A stretch of DNA of 64,000 nucleotides from Thermodesulfobacteriota bacterium (GCA_040755455.1 JBFMAY010000017.1:1-64000), one strand, 5' to 3'. Shown: positions 9,686-20,202, numbered from the stretch's first letter. Numbers and translations are program-made. The notes: generated from the letters alone by a model not told the origin.

Positions 9686-10615
9686 ATGAAGAAAAAGATA
9701 CTTGTAGCTGTTGATGGTTCTTATTGTTCACTTAATGAAATCCGCTATTTAAGCAAACTGTTCGGCGGACATGACGATATTGCCGTTCATTTGCTCAGTA
9801 TTGTTTCAGGTTCCTTGCCTCCCAGCACGGAATGGCTGAACGAAGAGGACAAAATGAACATGCTGTCGCCGGAGGGGAGAAAAAAAACTAATCTGACCAA
9901 AAAATTTCTCCGGGAAGAGTCGGCATTTCTTGCCCATCATGGCCTGAGTGAAAACCAGATAACCTCTGCCATGCAGTTCTCCCGTTTAGGGGTTGCCAAT
10001 GATCTCATCCATGAAATGCGTAAGGGAAGCTATGATGCCCTTGTTATCGCCAGAAGAGGGCTCGGCAAACTGCAGGAACTCGTCCTGGGAAGCGTTACGA
10101 CTACTATTCTGGAAAAGTGTTTCAATGTGCCGATCTGGATTATTGACGGCGAAATTGATTCCCGCCGATTTCTGATTCCCGTTGAGGGCTCATGGCGAAC
10201 CCTCAAGGCGGTAGACCATTTGAGTTTTATGCTTGGCAATGTTGCGGACATCGAGATTTCTCTGTTTCATTCTGTTTCGTGGCTTACTCCTAAAAAACCA
10301 TTGGAGTCAGACAAGTTCCATGAGATCTGGGGAAAAGAGTGGTGCGAGGAGCATCTCTGCCGGCCTGATGCTATTTTTCATGGCCCGGAGCAGCTGTTAC
10401 GGGAAAACGGCTTTGACATGGAGAAGGTTTGCAGAATAGAGGTGAGCAGGGGGCCCGTGGCAGCTCTTGATATTATCCTTGAACTTCGCGATAAAAAATA
10501 CGGGACAATCGTCATGGGCAGACGTGGGCCGGATGAACCCAAGGGGATATTCGGCGGGGTGTCAGGACAGGTGTTGCGAACGGTGAATGATGTGGCCGTG
10601 TGGCTGGTGAATTAG
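9686..10615 (+). CDS. Tandem-domain universal stress protein
   Basis: KILVAVDGS...RRGLGKLQELVLGSVT and second domain IVMGRRG...GGVS. Confidence 0.88.
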   Translation: MKKKILVAVDGSYCSLNEIRYLSKLFGGHDDIAVHLLSIVSGSLPPSTEWLNEEDKMNMLSPEGRKKTNLTKKFLREESAFLAHHGLSENQITSAMQFSRLGVANDLIHEMRKGSYDALVIARRGLGKLQELVLGSVTTTILEKCFNVPIWIIDGEIDSRRFLIPVEGSWRTLKAVDHLSFMLGNVADIEISLFHSVSWLTPKKPLESDKFHEIWGKEWCEEHLCRPDAIFHGPEQLLRENGFDMEKVCRIEVSRGPVAALDIILELRDKKYGTIVMGRRGPDEPKGIFGGVSGQVLRTVNDVAVWLVN

Positions 10616-10885
10616 CCATTACCCGCGGTGACAACTGGGTGAAATAACCCAAAATAGTGACCGGCATGACATTGGTTTGACTATCACCCGTCGGCCGCCC
10701 AGTCAGGTTATCAGACCAATTCGGTGGTGAATGTTTTAACTTTCTGAAATAAAAGGAGATATAAATTTCTTGCACCTATCTTGCAATTGGATTAAATTTT
10801 GCATAAAATAGAAATGTTATTTCTGTATTGACATGCAAAGAAAAATTAACTGATTCAAGAACTCATATTTTCAGAGAGGTGAAAG

Positions 10886-11242
10886 ATGAACATGACTGAT
10901 GAGCAAAGGATGTACAAACGGTTCAAGGCCCCTGTTGGAACAATCATGTATACGGCCGACAGCATGAGACAGATAGTTGACATCGGCCCAGGGGGGTTTT
11001 CTCTTAATTATCTCGATATGGAAACGTTTGCCAAGGAACAGAAGACTGTTGATATTCTTCTGGGGGGTACCCTGCTGAAAGAAGTTCCTGTCACCGTCGC
11101 CTGGGAAGATCAATCTGTATTGTCAGGAAAAGAACCAGCGAAGATGCATAATGTTGTTGGTGTGAGATTTGAGAATCTGACTGAGCAGCAAAGAGACCTG
11201 ATCGATGATTTCATCTCGCGGCATATAGCAGGGAATGCCTGA
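10886..11242 (+). CDS. PilZ-domain (c-di-GMP receptor) protein
   Basis: RxxxR (QRMYKR), D-x-x-x-G-G (DIGPGG) and GVRFENL motifs; GAGG RBS. Confidence 0.8.
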   Translation: MNMTDEQRMYKRFKAPVGTIMYTADSMRQIVDIGPGGFSLNYLDMETFAKEQKTVDILLGGTLLKEVPVTVAWEDQSVLSGKEPAKMHNVVGVRFENLTEQQRDLIDDFISRHIAGNA

Positions 11243-11371
11243 GACATTTCCGCTCCTATGGCGGCAGCTATGCAGCTATGATGGCAAGTTTTCCGGCCCA
11301 GAGGCCAGCCGGTAAAATATGTAAGTTCTCCTGTGGACTTGCATAAGATCATTTCAGTCAATTGCGTTTAG

Positions 11372-13057
11372 TCAAGCCTGGCAGGCAGAGGCTGAACCGC
11401 GGCAGAGCAGGGCCACCTTATGCAACTCCAGTAGAGCGTTCTCCTTTTCGTTAAGAAAACAGAGAACGCCCTCCTCCCCATCTGTTAGTCCCAATTCCTG
11501 CAGCGTCTCCCCGGAAAATTTGACAAAAAGTGATTGTTTGAAAAAATTGCTTCTGTCTGCATTGTTGTAAAAAGGGAGAAACTCCTGGGGCAACTCACGC
11601 CAGAGCTGTTTTTTTACCTCCCTTAATAGGTGGGGACCGAGATGATCGGGCAGAAAGCGATGGCCGCTGCGCAACCAGTCATAAATGAGAAGTTCGTGCA
11701 ATAAACCGCCGCGTGGGTCATTGCGGATAAAATCACAAAGGATTTCGCTCATCAACAGCTGGGTCTTTGCCCTGTTAAAGAAGTTCCGTTTTCTGCATGA
11801 ATCCAGCAGTTCCAGAAAAAATTGGAAACCCTCTCGTCCCTTCCTCTGTAGGAATCTGAAAAAGGCCCTGAAATAGCGGTTGTTGTAAAACGCCTCAACA
11901 CATTCACCAAACCAGAAAAGTTCAGCCAATTCGTTATGCGTCAGCCACCTGGTGGCCAGGACTTCATACGGGGGATAGTCGCAATGCTGCATTGAGAATT
12001 CCGTCAGCTGCCTGCTGAGGGGGGCATGGGGAAGGACTTTTAGCAGCCCCATCTGGATATAATGGGGACCCACGGAAAAGATATCGTTAAAGGATTCGCC
12101 GAACGTGGCAAAGGTCTCCTGGGGAAGGCCCAGAATAAGGTCCACATGGAGATGGACGGTATTCAGCTGCACCAGGCGTTTAATGTTGTCCAGCGCAGTG
12201 CTGATGCTGCTTTCCCGGTTTATGGCGGCAAGGGTCTTTGCATGGGTGGATTGAATGCCGATCTCAAACTGAAAGAGTTGCGGCGGTATTGTTTGCAGAA
12301 AAAGAAACATCTCCTCAGAAAAGAGATCCGGAGATATTTCAAAGTGAAAGGTGGTCCCCTGGGATATATCGCGAAGAAATTGCCAGATTTCAAGCGCTCG
12401 TTTGCCCGATGCGTTGAATGTTCTGTCAACAAAACGAAGTCCTTGCGGTTTATGGGCAAGAATCTCTTTGAGTTCAGCGCGGACCTTTTGCATATCCTTG
12501 TAACGGATGCCGGGTTCCAGTGAGGATATGCAGTAACTGCACGAATAAGGGCATCCCCTGGATGATTCATAGTATATATGACGGTTGGCAAGTTGAGCGC
12601 TGAAGTCGTTTGCCGTAAACGGGGAATCAAAATTTTTGGATCTGGAACCATGGTAGCTTGTCCGCAGCGAACCGCCTTGGAGATCCGCATAAAAGGACGG
12701 GTCTACCCCCTCGATTTCACCGCTGACTATGGTAGAATTTGCCGGAAGATCATCCGGGCTTATGGCAAGTGCCTGGGGGCCGCCAAGAATAAAACTGGAA
12801 AATGGTTGGATTTTGGCAAGATCATTTATTATTCTTTTAATGATAACGGCGTTCCAGATATAAACAGAGAAAAAGAATGCGTCCGCCCTTAATCCGCTGA
12901 TTTGCATCAGGGTGGAGTAATAGGGGTCATTGATGGTAAATTGATTGATGTTTATATCAACGTCATCTATATTCTTAAGTAGTTCTTGTCTCAGATAAAA
13001 CAGACTGAGGCAGGAGTGGGTAAATCTGCAGTTGAAGCCGATTAAAGCGAATTTCAT
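11372..13057 (-). CDS. B12-binding-domain radical SAM protein (DUF4080-type C-terminus)
   Basis: FSVYIWN, ILGGP, YYESSRGCPYSCSYC, FVDRTFN, EIGIQS and DLILGLP motifs. Confidence 0.88.
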   Translation of the reverse strand: MKFALIGFNCRFTHSCLSLFYLRQELLKNIDDVDININQFTINDPYYSTLMQISGLRADAFFFSVYIWNAVIIKRIINDLAKIQPFSSFILGGPQALAISPDDLPANSTIVSGEIEGVDPSFYADLQGGSLRTSYHGSRSKNFDSPFTANDFSAQLANRHIYYESSRGCPYSCSYCISSLEPGIRYKDMQKVRAELKEILAHKPQGLRFVDRTFNASGKRALEIWQFLRDISQGTTFHFEISPDLFSEEMFLFLQTIPPQLFQFEIGIQSTHAKTLAAINRESSISTALDNIKRLVQLNTVHLHVDLILGLPQETFATFGESFNDIFSVGPHYIQMGLLKVLPHAPLSRQLTEFSMQHCDYPPYEVLATRWLTHNELAELFWFGECVEAFYNNRYFRAFFRFLQRKGREGFQFFLELLDSCRKRNFFNRAKTQLLMSEILCDFIRNDPRGGLLHELLIYDWLRSGHRFLPDHLGPHLLREVKKQLWRELPQEFLPFYNNADRSNFFKQSLFVKFSGETLQELGLTDGEEGVLCFLNEKENALLELHKVALLCRGSASACQA

Positions 13058-13136
13058 AAGCGGTTTTATGGAGTATAACCTATTGATTTGATGAATGTTT
13101 TTCTGATGGCATCAAGCAGGTTGACAGCTAAGAAAT

Positions 13137-13176
13137 GCTTGACAGTTATTATTAAAACATTTTAAGACTGTCAAGC
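13137..13176. promoter_or_regulatory. Inverted repeat GCTTGACAGT...ACTGTCAAGC, probably the two -35 boxes of overlapping divergent promoters
   Basis: Perfect 10-bp arms, each containing TTGACA, between the divergent radical SAM and mlaE genes. Confidence 0.45.
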
Positions 13177-13255
13177 TGATTACGTTTCTTAAATAAGGTA
13201 TTTTCATCGATCGCGCCATATCCTGCGATTTAAAGATATTTGTTAAACAAAAATA

Positions 13256-14044
13256 ATGATTTCTTTCATATCCAAGCTCGGAGATTTATTTCTCTATATG
13301 GTCCGTGATCTGGGGCGCATGGGGCTTTTTCTGCTGTCTGCCCTGATGGGAATCTTTTCACGCCCCTTCCGCTTCCGTGAGACCGTGCGACAGATTCAGA
13401 TTATCGGGGCAAATTCATTTGCCGTGATTTTTTTCATTTCTATTTTTACCGGCATGGTGCTTGGCCTGCAGGGCTATTATACCTTGCGGAAATTCGGATC
13501 GGAAGGAATGCTTGGTTCTGCCGTCGCCTTGAGCCTGATTCGCGAGCTCGGTCCGGTTCTCACTGCCCTGATGGTTACAGGACGCGCCGGTTCTGCAATG
13601 TGTGCCGAGATCGGCATCATGCGCAATAGCGAACAGATTGATGCCCTGGAGTGCATGGCCGTCAGTCCTTTCCGTTATCTCATCACCCCCAAATTTCTTG
13701 CCACAATCATCTCGCTGCCAATTCTGACTCAGTTTTTTAATGTTATCGGCATAGCCGGGGGCTATGTGGCAGGAGTTGTTCTGCTCGGAGTAAATCCGGG
13801 AGCCTTTTATAATGGCATTGAACAGAGCGTTGTGAATGAGGATATCAATCTCGGTATCGTCAAATCCTTTGTTTTTGCCCTGCTGGTGGTTTGGATCTGT
13901 ACGGGACGAGGGTATTTTGTGCATATTCTGCGTAACGCAGGATTCGGTGCCGAAGGTGTCAGCCGGGCAACAACCCAGGCAGTGGTGCTTTCCTCAATCT
14001 CCGTATTGATCTGGGATTATCTGATTACAGCGATCATGCTATGA
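13256..14044 (+). CDS. mlaE: MlaE lipid ABC transporter permease
   Basis: RELGPVLTALMVTGRAGSAMCAEIGIM..SEQIDALE and GAEGVSRATTQAVV. Confidence 0.95.
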   Translation: MISFISKLGDLFLYMVRDLGRMGLFLLSALMGIFSRPFRFRETVRQIQIIGANSFAVIFFISIFTGMVLGLQGYYTLRKFGSEGMLGSAVALSLIRELGPVLTALMVTGRAGSAMCAEIGIMRNSEQIDALECMAVSPFRYLITPKFLATIISLPILTQFFNVIGIAGGYVAGVVLLGVNPGAFYNGIEQSVVNEDINLGIVKSFVFALLVVWICTGRGYFVHILRNAGFGAEGVSRATTQAVVLSSISVLIWDYLITAIML

Positions 14045-14817
14045 GTTCCTCGATAATCGAATTCCATAATGTGGTAAAGGCGTTTGGTCAACAGCGGGTT
14101 CTTGACGATGTTACTGTTTCTTTTGTGTCAGGCAAGACAACCGTGATTGCTGGAGGTAGCGGCCAGGGAAAAAGTGTCACGTTAAAGCTTATCCTCGGTC
14201 TATTAACCCCGGATTCCGGGCAGATTCTGGTGAACGGCCGTGACATCACCCGGATGAGGCTGCGGGAATTAAATAAAATCCGTGAGAGATTCGGGGTATT
14301 ATTCCAGGGAGCCGCACTCCTTGATTCAATGACGGTTTTTGAAAACGTTGCTTTGCCTCTGCAGGAAAGAACTAAATATAAAAGCCAGGAGATCGCGCAA
14401 CGAGTCAGGCAAATGCTTGCCCAGTTCAATCTTGAGGGCCACGAAGAAAAATTTCCTGCTCAGCTCAGCGGCGGGATGAAAAAGAGGGTCGGTCTGGCCA
14501 GGGCATTGATGCTGCAGCCGGATATCATGCTCTTTGATGAGCCGACCACAGGTCTTGATCCTCAGATAACAATGGATATCTACAGGCTTTTTTTTAAAAG
14601 CCAGAAGCAGTTCGGCTATACGTCGATCATCGTCAGCCATGATATCCCAAAGGTGTTTAATCTGGCAGATCAGGTTATCTTGTTAAATAAAGGGAAAATG
14701 GTTACTTTTTCAAGTCCTGAAGATATTCCTCTAAGCAGCGAACCACAGATTGTTTCCTTTGCCACCGAAACCATGGGGCATATCTATTCAAGCAGAAAGA
14801 TGGAACATAACCTATGA
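14041..14817 (+). CDS. mlaF: MlaF ABC ATPase
   Basis: GGSGQGKS, LSGGMKKRVGLARA, DEPTTGLDP; operon position. Confidence 0.92.
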   Translation: MSSSIIEFHNVVKAFGQQRVLDDVTVSFVSGKTTVIAGGSGQGKSVTLKLILGLLTPDSGQILVNGRDITRMRLRELNKIRERFGVLFQGAALLDSMTVFENVALPLQERTKYKSQEIAQRVRQMLAQFNLEGHEEKFPAQLSGGMKKRVGLARALMLQPDIMLFDEPTTGLDPQITMDIYRLFFKSQKQFGYTSIIVSHDIPKVFNLADQVILLNKGKMVTFSSPEDIPLSSEPQIVSFATETMGHIYSSRKMEHNL

Positions 14818-15260
14818 GAAAAGCCAATGTTGAATTTATTGTGGGGATATTCTTAATCCTCGGTTTTCTTGCCTTTGCTTACATTTCATTGCAGTTCGGC
14901 GAATTTTCAGTTTTTTCCAAAGGACAGAATTATACCATATTAGCCGATTTCGACAGTGCTGCAGGCTTGAAAAAAGGGGCAATGGTAACAATTGCTGGCG
15001 TCAGCGTGGGGAAGGTATCAAATATCAGACTGACAAACGAACAGCAGGCCGAAGTGGCACTTTATCTTTCAAATGAGGTCAAGGTCACGGAGGATGCGAT
15101 TGCCTCCATCAAAACCCAGGGAATTATAGGCGACAAGTATATCCGCATCAGTCAGGGAGGTTCGGACACCTATCTCGCCGAGGGGGGGATGATCACTGAA
15201 ACGGAATCTGCCGTCGATCTTGAAGAGTTGATCAGCAAATACATATTTGGTAATGTATAA
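14814..15260 (+). CDS. mlaD: MlaD MCE-domain protein
   Basis: GLKKGAMVTIAGVSVGKV, IKTQGIIGDKYI, TESAVDLEELISK. Confidence 0.93.
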   Translation: MRKANVEFIVGIFLILGFLAFAYISLQFGEFSVFSKGQNYTILADFDSAAGLKKGAMVTIAGVSVGKVSNIRLTNEQQAEVALYLSNEVKVTEDAIASIKTQGIIGDKYIRISQGGSDTYLAEGGMITETESAVDLEELISKYIFGNV

Positions 15261-15336
15261 TCACTATCGGCCTGTTTTTACGGATCAACCGTGATTACTC
15301 CGCGTTAAAATCCTATATGGTAAAAGATGAGAGGGA

Positions 15337-15981
15337 ATGGAAATAACAAATAAACCGCATAGTGTTCCCCTGTTGTTGTCGCTAGTGATAGCGTTTTTTG
15401 TTTTTTTCAATGATTCCGCCCCAAGTAAGGCTGCCAATGAACCAATAGATCAGCTGCACCAGTCTGTTGACCAGATTCTGGCTATTTTACGACGAGACGT
15501 TCCGGGCGAGCAGTGGGTAGTTAAAAAAGAAGAAATTGTCGGGATTGTCAAAAGCAGGTTCGATGCCGATGAACTCGCTCAGCGTGTTTTGGCGCTTAAC
15601 TGGAAATCGAGAACTGAGCGGGAAAAAGAGCAGTTTATTTCTCTTTTTTCCCAGGTGCTTGAAACGACGTATATTAACAGGCTCAAGTCATATTCCAATG
15701 AAGCGGTAACATTCAAAAAGCAGATCGTCAGCAGTGACAAGGCGGTTGTCTATAGTGAGATTGTAAAAAATGATCAAGAAATTCCGATAGTTTACCGTGT
15801 GAAAGATACGGAGGGACAATGGCTGATCTATGATATCATTATAGAAGGAGTCAGTCTCGTCCAAAACTACCGGCAACAATTCGATCAGATAATCAAAAGC
15901 GAAGGTTATGCCGGGCTTGTTCGACGCATGGAAGAAAAAATTCAGGAAAACAAAGAAAAGGATATTGAGGAAAAGGATTAG
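15337..15981 (+). CDS. mlaC: MlaC/Ttg2D lipid shuttle, copy 1
   Basis: Signal peptide; WLIYDIIIEGVSLVQNYRQQF. Confidence 0.9.
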   Translation: MEITNKPHSVPLLLSLVIAFFVFFNDSAPSKAANEPIDQLHQSVDQILAILRRDVPGEQWVVKKEEIVGIVKSRFDADELAQRVLALNWKSRTEREKEQFISLFSQVLETTYINRLKSYSNEAVTFKKQIVSSDKAVVYSEIVKNDQEIPIVYRVKDTEGQWLIYDIIIEGVSLVQNYRQQFDQIIKSEGYAGLVRRMEEKIQENKEKDIEEKD

Positions 15982-16098
15982 GGGTGTATGTAATCATTAC
16001 ATTTCTAATCATTTTGGTATGGCCCCCTATGCCGGTCACACTTGAGATGTTGCAGTTATTTTTTACAACGGTTTAGTAGGATTCAACGACGAGGAATT

Positions 16099-16914
16099 AT
16101 GGTTATAAAAGATTTTGTCAATGCGAAATTAATCGCTGTTTTCGTGTTTCTGCTGATGCTGCTGGCAGGGGGGCACAACAACAGTCGCCCGGGTGTAAAT
16201 TTTCAAGCACAGGCATGGGCGGCAGAGGAGATAGGCGAGGTCGCTGTCCTCGACGACATGGATGAGCATGAGATTGAAACGGAAATCAGTGATCCGCTTG
16301 AACCTGTGAATCGTTTCTTTTTCCAGTTCAATGACAAGCTTTATTTCTGGGCATTAAAGCCGGTAGCCCGGGTCTATGGTGCGATTTTGCCCCAAGACTT
16401 TCGTATCTGTATTCGTAATGCCTTTCATAACGTGCTGTTCCCTGTTCGCTTTGTCAATAATGTACTACAGGGAAAGTTTAAAAATGCCGGCATTGAATTA
16501 TCCCGTTTCGCCATTAACACAACCGCTGGTGTGGCGGGTTTCGGCGATCCTGCCAAGGATGTATTCCACCTTGAAATAAAGGAAGAGGATCTGGGGCAGA
16601 CTTTCGGATACTGGGGAATTGGTAATGGTATTTATTTCTGCTGGCCGATCATAGGGCCGTCCACTTTGCGGGATTCCGTTGGTTTATTCGGGGATTCCTA
16701 CCTGAGTCCTCTTGGCTGGGTCATGGAAGATAACCTGGATGATGGCCTGGCTTTAAATGCCGGCCAGCAAGTGAATAACACCTCTTTGGTTATCGGTGAT
16801 TACGAGGCATTTCTCGAATCGTCATTTGATCCTTATATTTCTCTGCGGGATGCATATATCCAGTATCGTCAGAGTAAAATCAAAGATTCAAAGCAGAATA
16901 ATAAAATTTATTAA
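16099..16914 (+). CDS. mlaA: MlaA/VacJ-family protein
   Basis: DPLEPVNRFFFQFND, RFAINTTAG, EDLGQTFGYWG, GPSTLRD, DPYISLRDAY; ATG 16099 with GAGGA RBS. Confidence 0.92.
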   Translation: MVIKDFVNAKLIAVFVFLLMLLAGGHNNSRPGVNFQAQAWAAEEIGEVAVLDDMDEHEIETEISDPLEPVNRFFFQFNDKLYFWALKPVARVYGAILPQDFRICIRNAFHNVLFPVRFVNNVLQGKFKNAGIELSRFAINTTAGVAGFGDPAKDVFHLEIKEEDLGQTFGYWGIGNGIYFCWPIIGPSTLRDSVGLFGDSYLSPLGWVMEDNLDDGLALNAGQQVNNTSLVIGDYEAFLESSFDPYISLRDAYIQYRQSKIKDSKQNNKIY

Positions 16915-17009
16915 AATTTCCCTGGCGACCGATCATTGGTGTACTGCCCACGGTCGCCCTGGGGGATTTTTTTCATTTTTACTTCGATCCGGTTATTACT
17001 TAATCCGCT

Positions 17010-17642
17010 ATGAATGAATTTACTTTTCGTTTCAAAACAAGGGCAATATTTATGTGTTGTCTGGTTGCCCTGTTATTGAATACCCGCGAGGCGGCCAGTC
17101 TGAACAGTCCTTCTGACTACATGCAATGCGCGGTCGAGGAGGTAATGGCTATCCTGAAAGATGATCAGCTGAAACTTCCTGAAAGAAGCCAGGACCGAAG
17201 GAAACTGATCCTTACGGTTATTCGTTATCATTTTGATTTTGAAGAGATGTCGAAATTGGCTATGGGGGCGCATTGGAAGGAGATATCTGATAATGATAAA
17301 GGCCATTTTGTTGAGATTTTTTCTCAGTTGGTGGAAAATTCCTACATAAACAAAATTGAAGCTTACTCGGATCAGCAGATCATTTTTTTGAAAGAATCAG
17401 TACAGGAAAACAAATCGTTGGTGCCTACCCTTATCAAGCATAACAATCTCGATATCCCGATTCATTATAAACTCCATAAAGCCCACGACAGATGGCGTGT
17501 TTACGATGTGGTTATTGAGGGTGTCAGTCTGGTGCAAAATTACCGCAGCCAGTTCAGCAGTATTATCATGAAAGAAAAATATGCGGGACTGGTCCAGCGG
17601 ATTGATGAAAAACTGGGGAAAATTGCGGTGGAAGGGCGATAG
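17010..17642 (+). CDS. mlaC: MlaC/Ttg2D lipid shuttle, copy 2
   Basis: FDFEEMSKLAMG; WRVYDVVIEGVSLVQNYRSQF. Confidence 0.88.
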   Translation: MNEFTFRFKTRAIFMCCLVALLLNTREAASLNSPSDYMQCAVEEVMAILKDDQLKLPERSQDRRKLILTVIRYHFDFEEMSKLAMGAHWKEISDNDKGHFVEIFSQLVENSYINKIEAYSDQQIIFLKESVQENKSLVPTLIKHNNLDIPIHYKLHKAHDRWRVYDVVIEGVSLVQNYRSQFSSIIMKEKYAGLVQRIDEKLGKIAVEGR

Positions 17643-17650
17643 GCACTGTT

Positions 17651-18127
17651 ATGCAAGACACGCACGAAAAAGCATCTGCATCACAGATATCCTCCCGGCA
17701 GTTTCATGAGGTGTTCCCTGATTTCACAGAAAATGAGGTTGATACGCTTTTTTGTTATCTTGAACTCCGTCACTATTTGCAGGGAGCGGTTGTCTGGCAA
17801 CAGGGAGACCCCATGGAGTTTATGGGATTTCTGGTGAACGGCAGGTTGGTTGTCAAGCGGGAAGGCCGATTCCCAGGCAAACATATCATCCTTGCAATTT
17901 TAGAAAAAGGCTCCCTGTTTGGGGAGATGGCCGTCGTAGCAACCCATCAACATTCAGTCACGATTTCCGCTGTTGAAGAAACACGGTCCTGTGTTCTTTC
18001 CTTTGATAATGCCCAGCAGCTTTTTCAGAAAGAACCTGTTTTGTCTATCAAACTTCTCAAGAAAATCGTGGTAGTTTCCGGCTTGCGCTTGCAGCATACG
18101 GGATCAAGGCTGGCGGAACTTCTTTAG
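17651..18127 (+). CDS. Stand-alone cyclic-nucleotide-binding domain protein
   Basis: VWQQGDP...GRLVV...GSLFGEMA; no DNA-binding HTH seen. Confidence 0.8.
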   Translation: MQDTHEKASASQISSRQFHEVFPDFTENEVDTLFCYLELRHYLQGAVVWQQGDPMEFMGFLVNGRLVVKREGRFPGKHIILAILEKGSLFGEMAVVATHQHSVTISAVEETRSCVLSFDNAQQLFQKEPVLSIKLLKKIVVVSGLRLQHTGSRLAELL

Positions 18128-18189
18128 CTGCATAACGCTTCTTTTTTGTTCATTTCCTTTCTATTTCCGTTTGCCTTTAATGAAAGCTC

Positions 18190-18217
18190 TTGACAAGAAA
18201 TTAATTTTATTTATAAT
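18190..18217 (+). promoter_or_regulatory. Sigma70 promoter of the yceD-rpmF-plsX-fab operon
   Basis: TTGACA-N16-TATAAT. Confidence 0.7.
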
Positions 18218-18259
18218 TTCTTGTTCCTTTGCCTGGTATAAATCGCTTTTGGTGCATGT

Positions 18260-18772
18260 GTGGTGAAGATAGATTTTTATGAAATTCCGGAAGAGGGCTT
18301 GACTCTCTCTGTGGACGATGCTCATTGGTTCCCGCAGGATCTGGAAAGGCTGGGCAGAGCGGAGGCTTTGCTCAGGCTGAAAAGACGTGGGCAGCGTGTT
18401 GCGGTTGCTGGAAGATTCACCACGACGGTAGTCTTTGAATGTGACCGCTGTCTGGGGAAGTTTCATTTACCGCTGGATGCTGATTTCAGCATAGATCTGG
18501 AGCTTCCGGGTGACGACAAACGCCAAATGGAGGAAAAAGACCATTACTGTCACGACAGCGAGATGGATGTGGACATCCTTCAGGATAGTGAAATTAATAT
18601 AACCGACATCTTGCAGCAGCAGTTATACCTGGCCGTGCCCATGAAAAAACTCTGCTCCGACGACTGTCGTGGGATGTGTAGTAAATGCGGAGCAAATCTT
18701 AATAATGAACAATGTCGATGTCAGCCGGATACCTCTTCGCCCTTTAGTGTGTTAGCCAGGTTGAAGGGTTGA
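18260..18772 (+). CDS. yceD: YceD/DUF177 ribosome-associated protein
   Basis: CDRCL and PMKKLCSDDCRGMCSKCGANLN motifs; upstream of rpmF. Confidence 0.92.
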   Translation: MVKIDFYEIPEEGLTLSVDDAHWFPQDLERLGRAEALLRLKRRGQRVAVAGRFTTTVVFECDRCLGKFHLPLDADFSIDLELPGDDKRQMEEKDHYCHDSEMDVDILQDSEINITDILQQQLYLAVPMKKLCSDDCRGMCSKCGANLNNEQCRCQPDTSSPFSVLARLKG

Positions 18773-18838
18773 TATGTATGCAGTAATTTTTAAAAGTTAA
18801 TTTTTTTTCACATGAACTCGTTGGTTGGAGGAAAAATA

Positions 18839-19030
18839 ATGGCCTTACCGAAAAGAAGACACTCTCGTTCCCGCACCAGAATCCGCCGTGCCCATGACGG
18901 ATTGACCGCACCCACCATTTCCACTTGTTCCGAGTGTGGTGAACCGAAACTGCCACATCGGCTCTGTTCCGGATGCGGTTCCTACAAAGGTCGTAAAGTG
19001 ATCGATCTTGGTGAAGAAGATCTTGACTAA
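18839..19030 (+). CDS. rpmF: 50S ribosomal protein L32 (Zn-binding type)
   Basis: [12 protein letters not shown]...CSECG...[21 protein letters not shown]. Confidence 0.97.
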   Translation: MALPKRRHSRSRTRIRRAHDGLTAPTISTCSECGEPKLPHRLCSGCGSYKGRKVIDLGEEDLD

Positions 19031-19164
19031 ACTCCCTTGGCTGGATGTGGGGCAGCAGTGATCTGCCATAAAACTGTCTCAAGATGCAAAGACCTGGGAA
19101 ATGGAGTGAAGAGCCTGCTTCAGTTACATAAGAAACGTGCTCATGCGGCCAGAGGAGAAGTTGC

Positions 19165-20202
19165 GTGCGGATAGCTCTTGATGCCATGGGAAGTGACCGT
19201 GGCCCTGCGGAAATGGTTGCAGGTGCCGCGTTGGCAGTCCGTGAAGCTGATGTGCATATAACCATAGTCGGTGGTGAGGAGCAGATTAAACCCGCCCTGA
19301 AAAAAGAGGGCATCTCTCAGCTGGTTGACTTTGTCCCGACCTCCCAGGTCATTACAATGCACGATTCACCAATAGAGGCCGTTCGTAAAAAGAAAGATTC
19401 TTCTATTGTCGTTGCCTTTGAACTTCTCAAAAAGGGTGGCGTTGATGCCGTGGTAAGTCCCGGAAATTCCGGTGCCGTCATGGCCGCTGCCATCAAATTT
19501 CTCGGCAGGTTAAAGGATATATCACGTCCGGGCATTGCCAGTGTTTTCCCGACGCTGAAAGGACCGGTTGTGGTCATGGATGTCGGCGCAAATGTTGATT
19601 GCCGTGCGAAACACCTGTTCCAGTTCGGCGTTATGGCTTCCGCTTTTTCCCGCATCATGTATGGTATTGAAAACCCCCGGGTCGGTCTGCTCAGTATTGG
19701 CGAAGAGGGCGGCAAGGGAAATGCGCTGGTGAAAAGCGCCCATTCCCTCTTTCAGAGCAGCGGACTGAACTATATAGGCAATGTCGAGGGCCGTGATACA
19801 TTTATCGGCGATGTGGATGTTATCGTCTGTGACGGGTTTGTCGGCAATGTCTGTCTGAAGCTCAGTGAGGGGTTGGCTGAAGCTGTGTTAGCCATGCTCA
19901 GGGAGGAAATCGGTAAATCATTCAAAGCGAGAATGGGATATTTTCTCGCCCGGCATGCCTTCAGCAACTTCAAAAAACGTGTCGATTATGCCGAATATGG
20001 TGGCGCCCCACTGCTTGGCTTTAACGGCACCGGAGTTATCTGCCATGGCCGATCCAATATGCTGGCCATTAAGAATGCCCTGCTCGTGGCAGATGGTCTG
20101 ACCAAGCATCATGTTAATGACCATATTCTCGCAATGCTTGAAAATACACAACCGGCTTTATCTCATTTTGATGAAAGTGATGTCCCGGCGGGAGCTGCTT
20201 AA
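19165..20202 (+). CDS. plsX: Phosphate acyltransferase PlsX
   Basis: IALDAMGSD, DVGANVD, GNVEGRD, CDGFVGNV, YGGAPLLG. Confidence 0.97.
   Translation: MRIALDAMGSDRGPAEMVAGAALAVREADVHITIVGGEEQIKPALKKEGISQLVDFVPTSQVITMHDSPIEAVRKKKDSSIVVAFELLKKGGVDAVVSPGNSGAVMAAAIKFLGRLKDISRPGIASVFPTLKGPVVVMDVGANVDCRAKHLFQFGVMASAFSRIMYGIENPRVGLLSIGEEGGKGNALVKSAHSLFQSSGLNYIGNVEGRDTFIGDVDVIVCDGFVGNVCLKLSEGLAEAVLAMLREEIGKSFKARMGYFLARHAFSNFKKRVDYAEYGGAPLLGFNGTGVICHGRSNMLAIKNALLVADGLTKHHVNDHILAMLENTQPALSHFDESDVPAGAA

Noticed and set aside
10616..10885. Possible c-di-GMP riboswitch or sRNA upstream of the PilZ gene
   Set aside because: Some short stems are present, but I could not match the GEMM consensus; an Rfam scan would be needed.
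6786..11242. Calling this region a magnetosome gene island
   Set aside because: Only mamK-like genes are recognisable; the neighbours are a radical SAM, a USP and a PilZ gene, and no mobility genes are adjacent.
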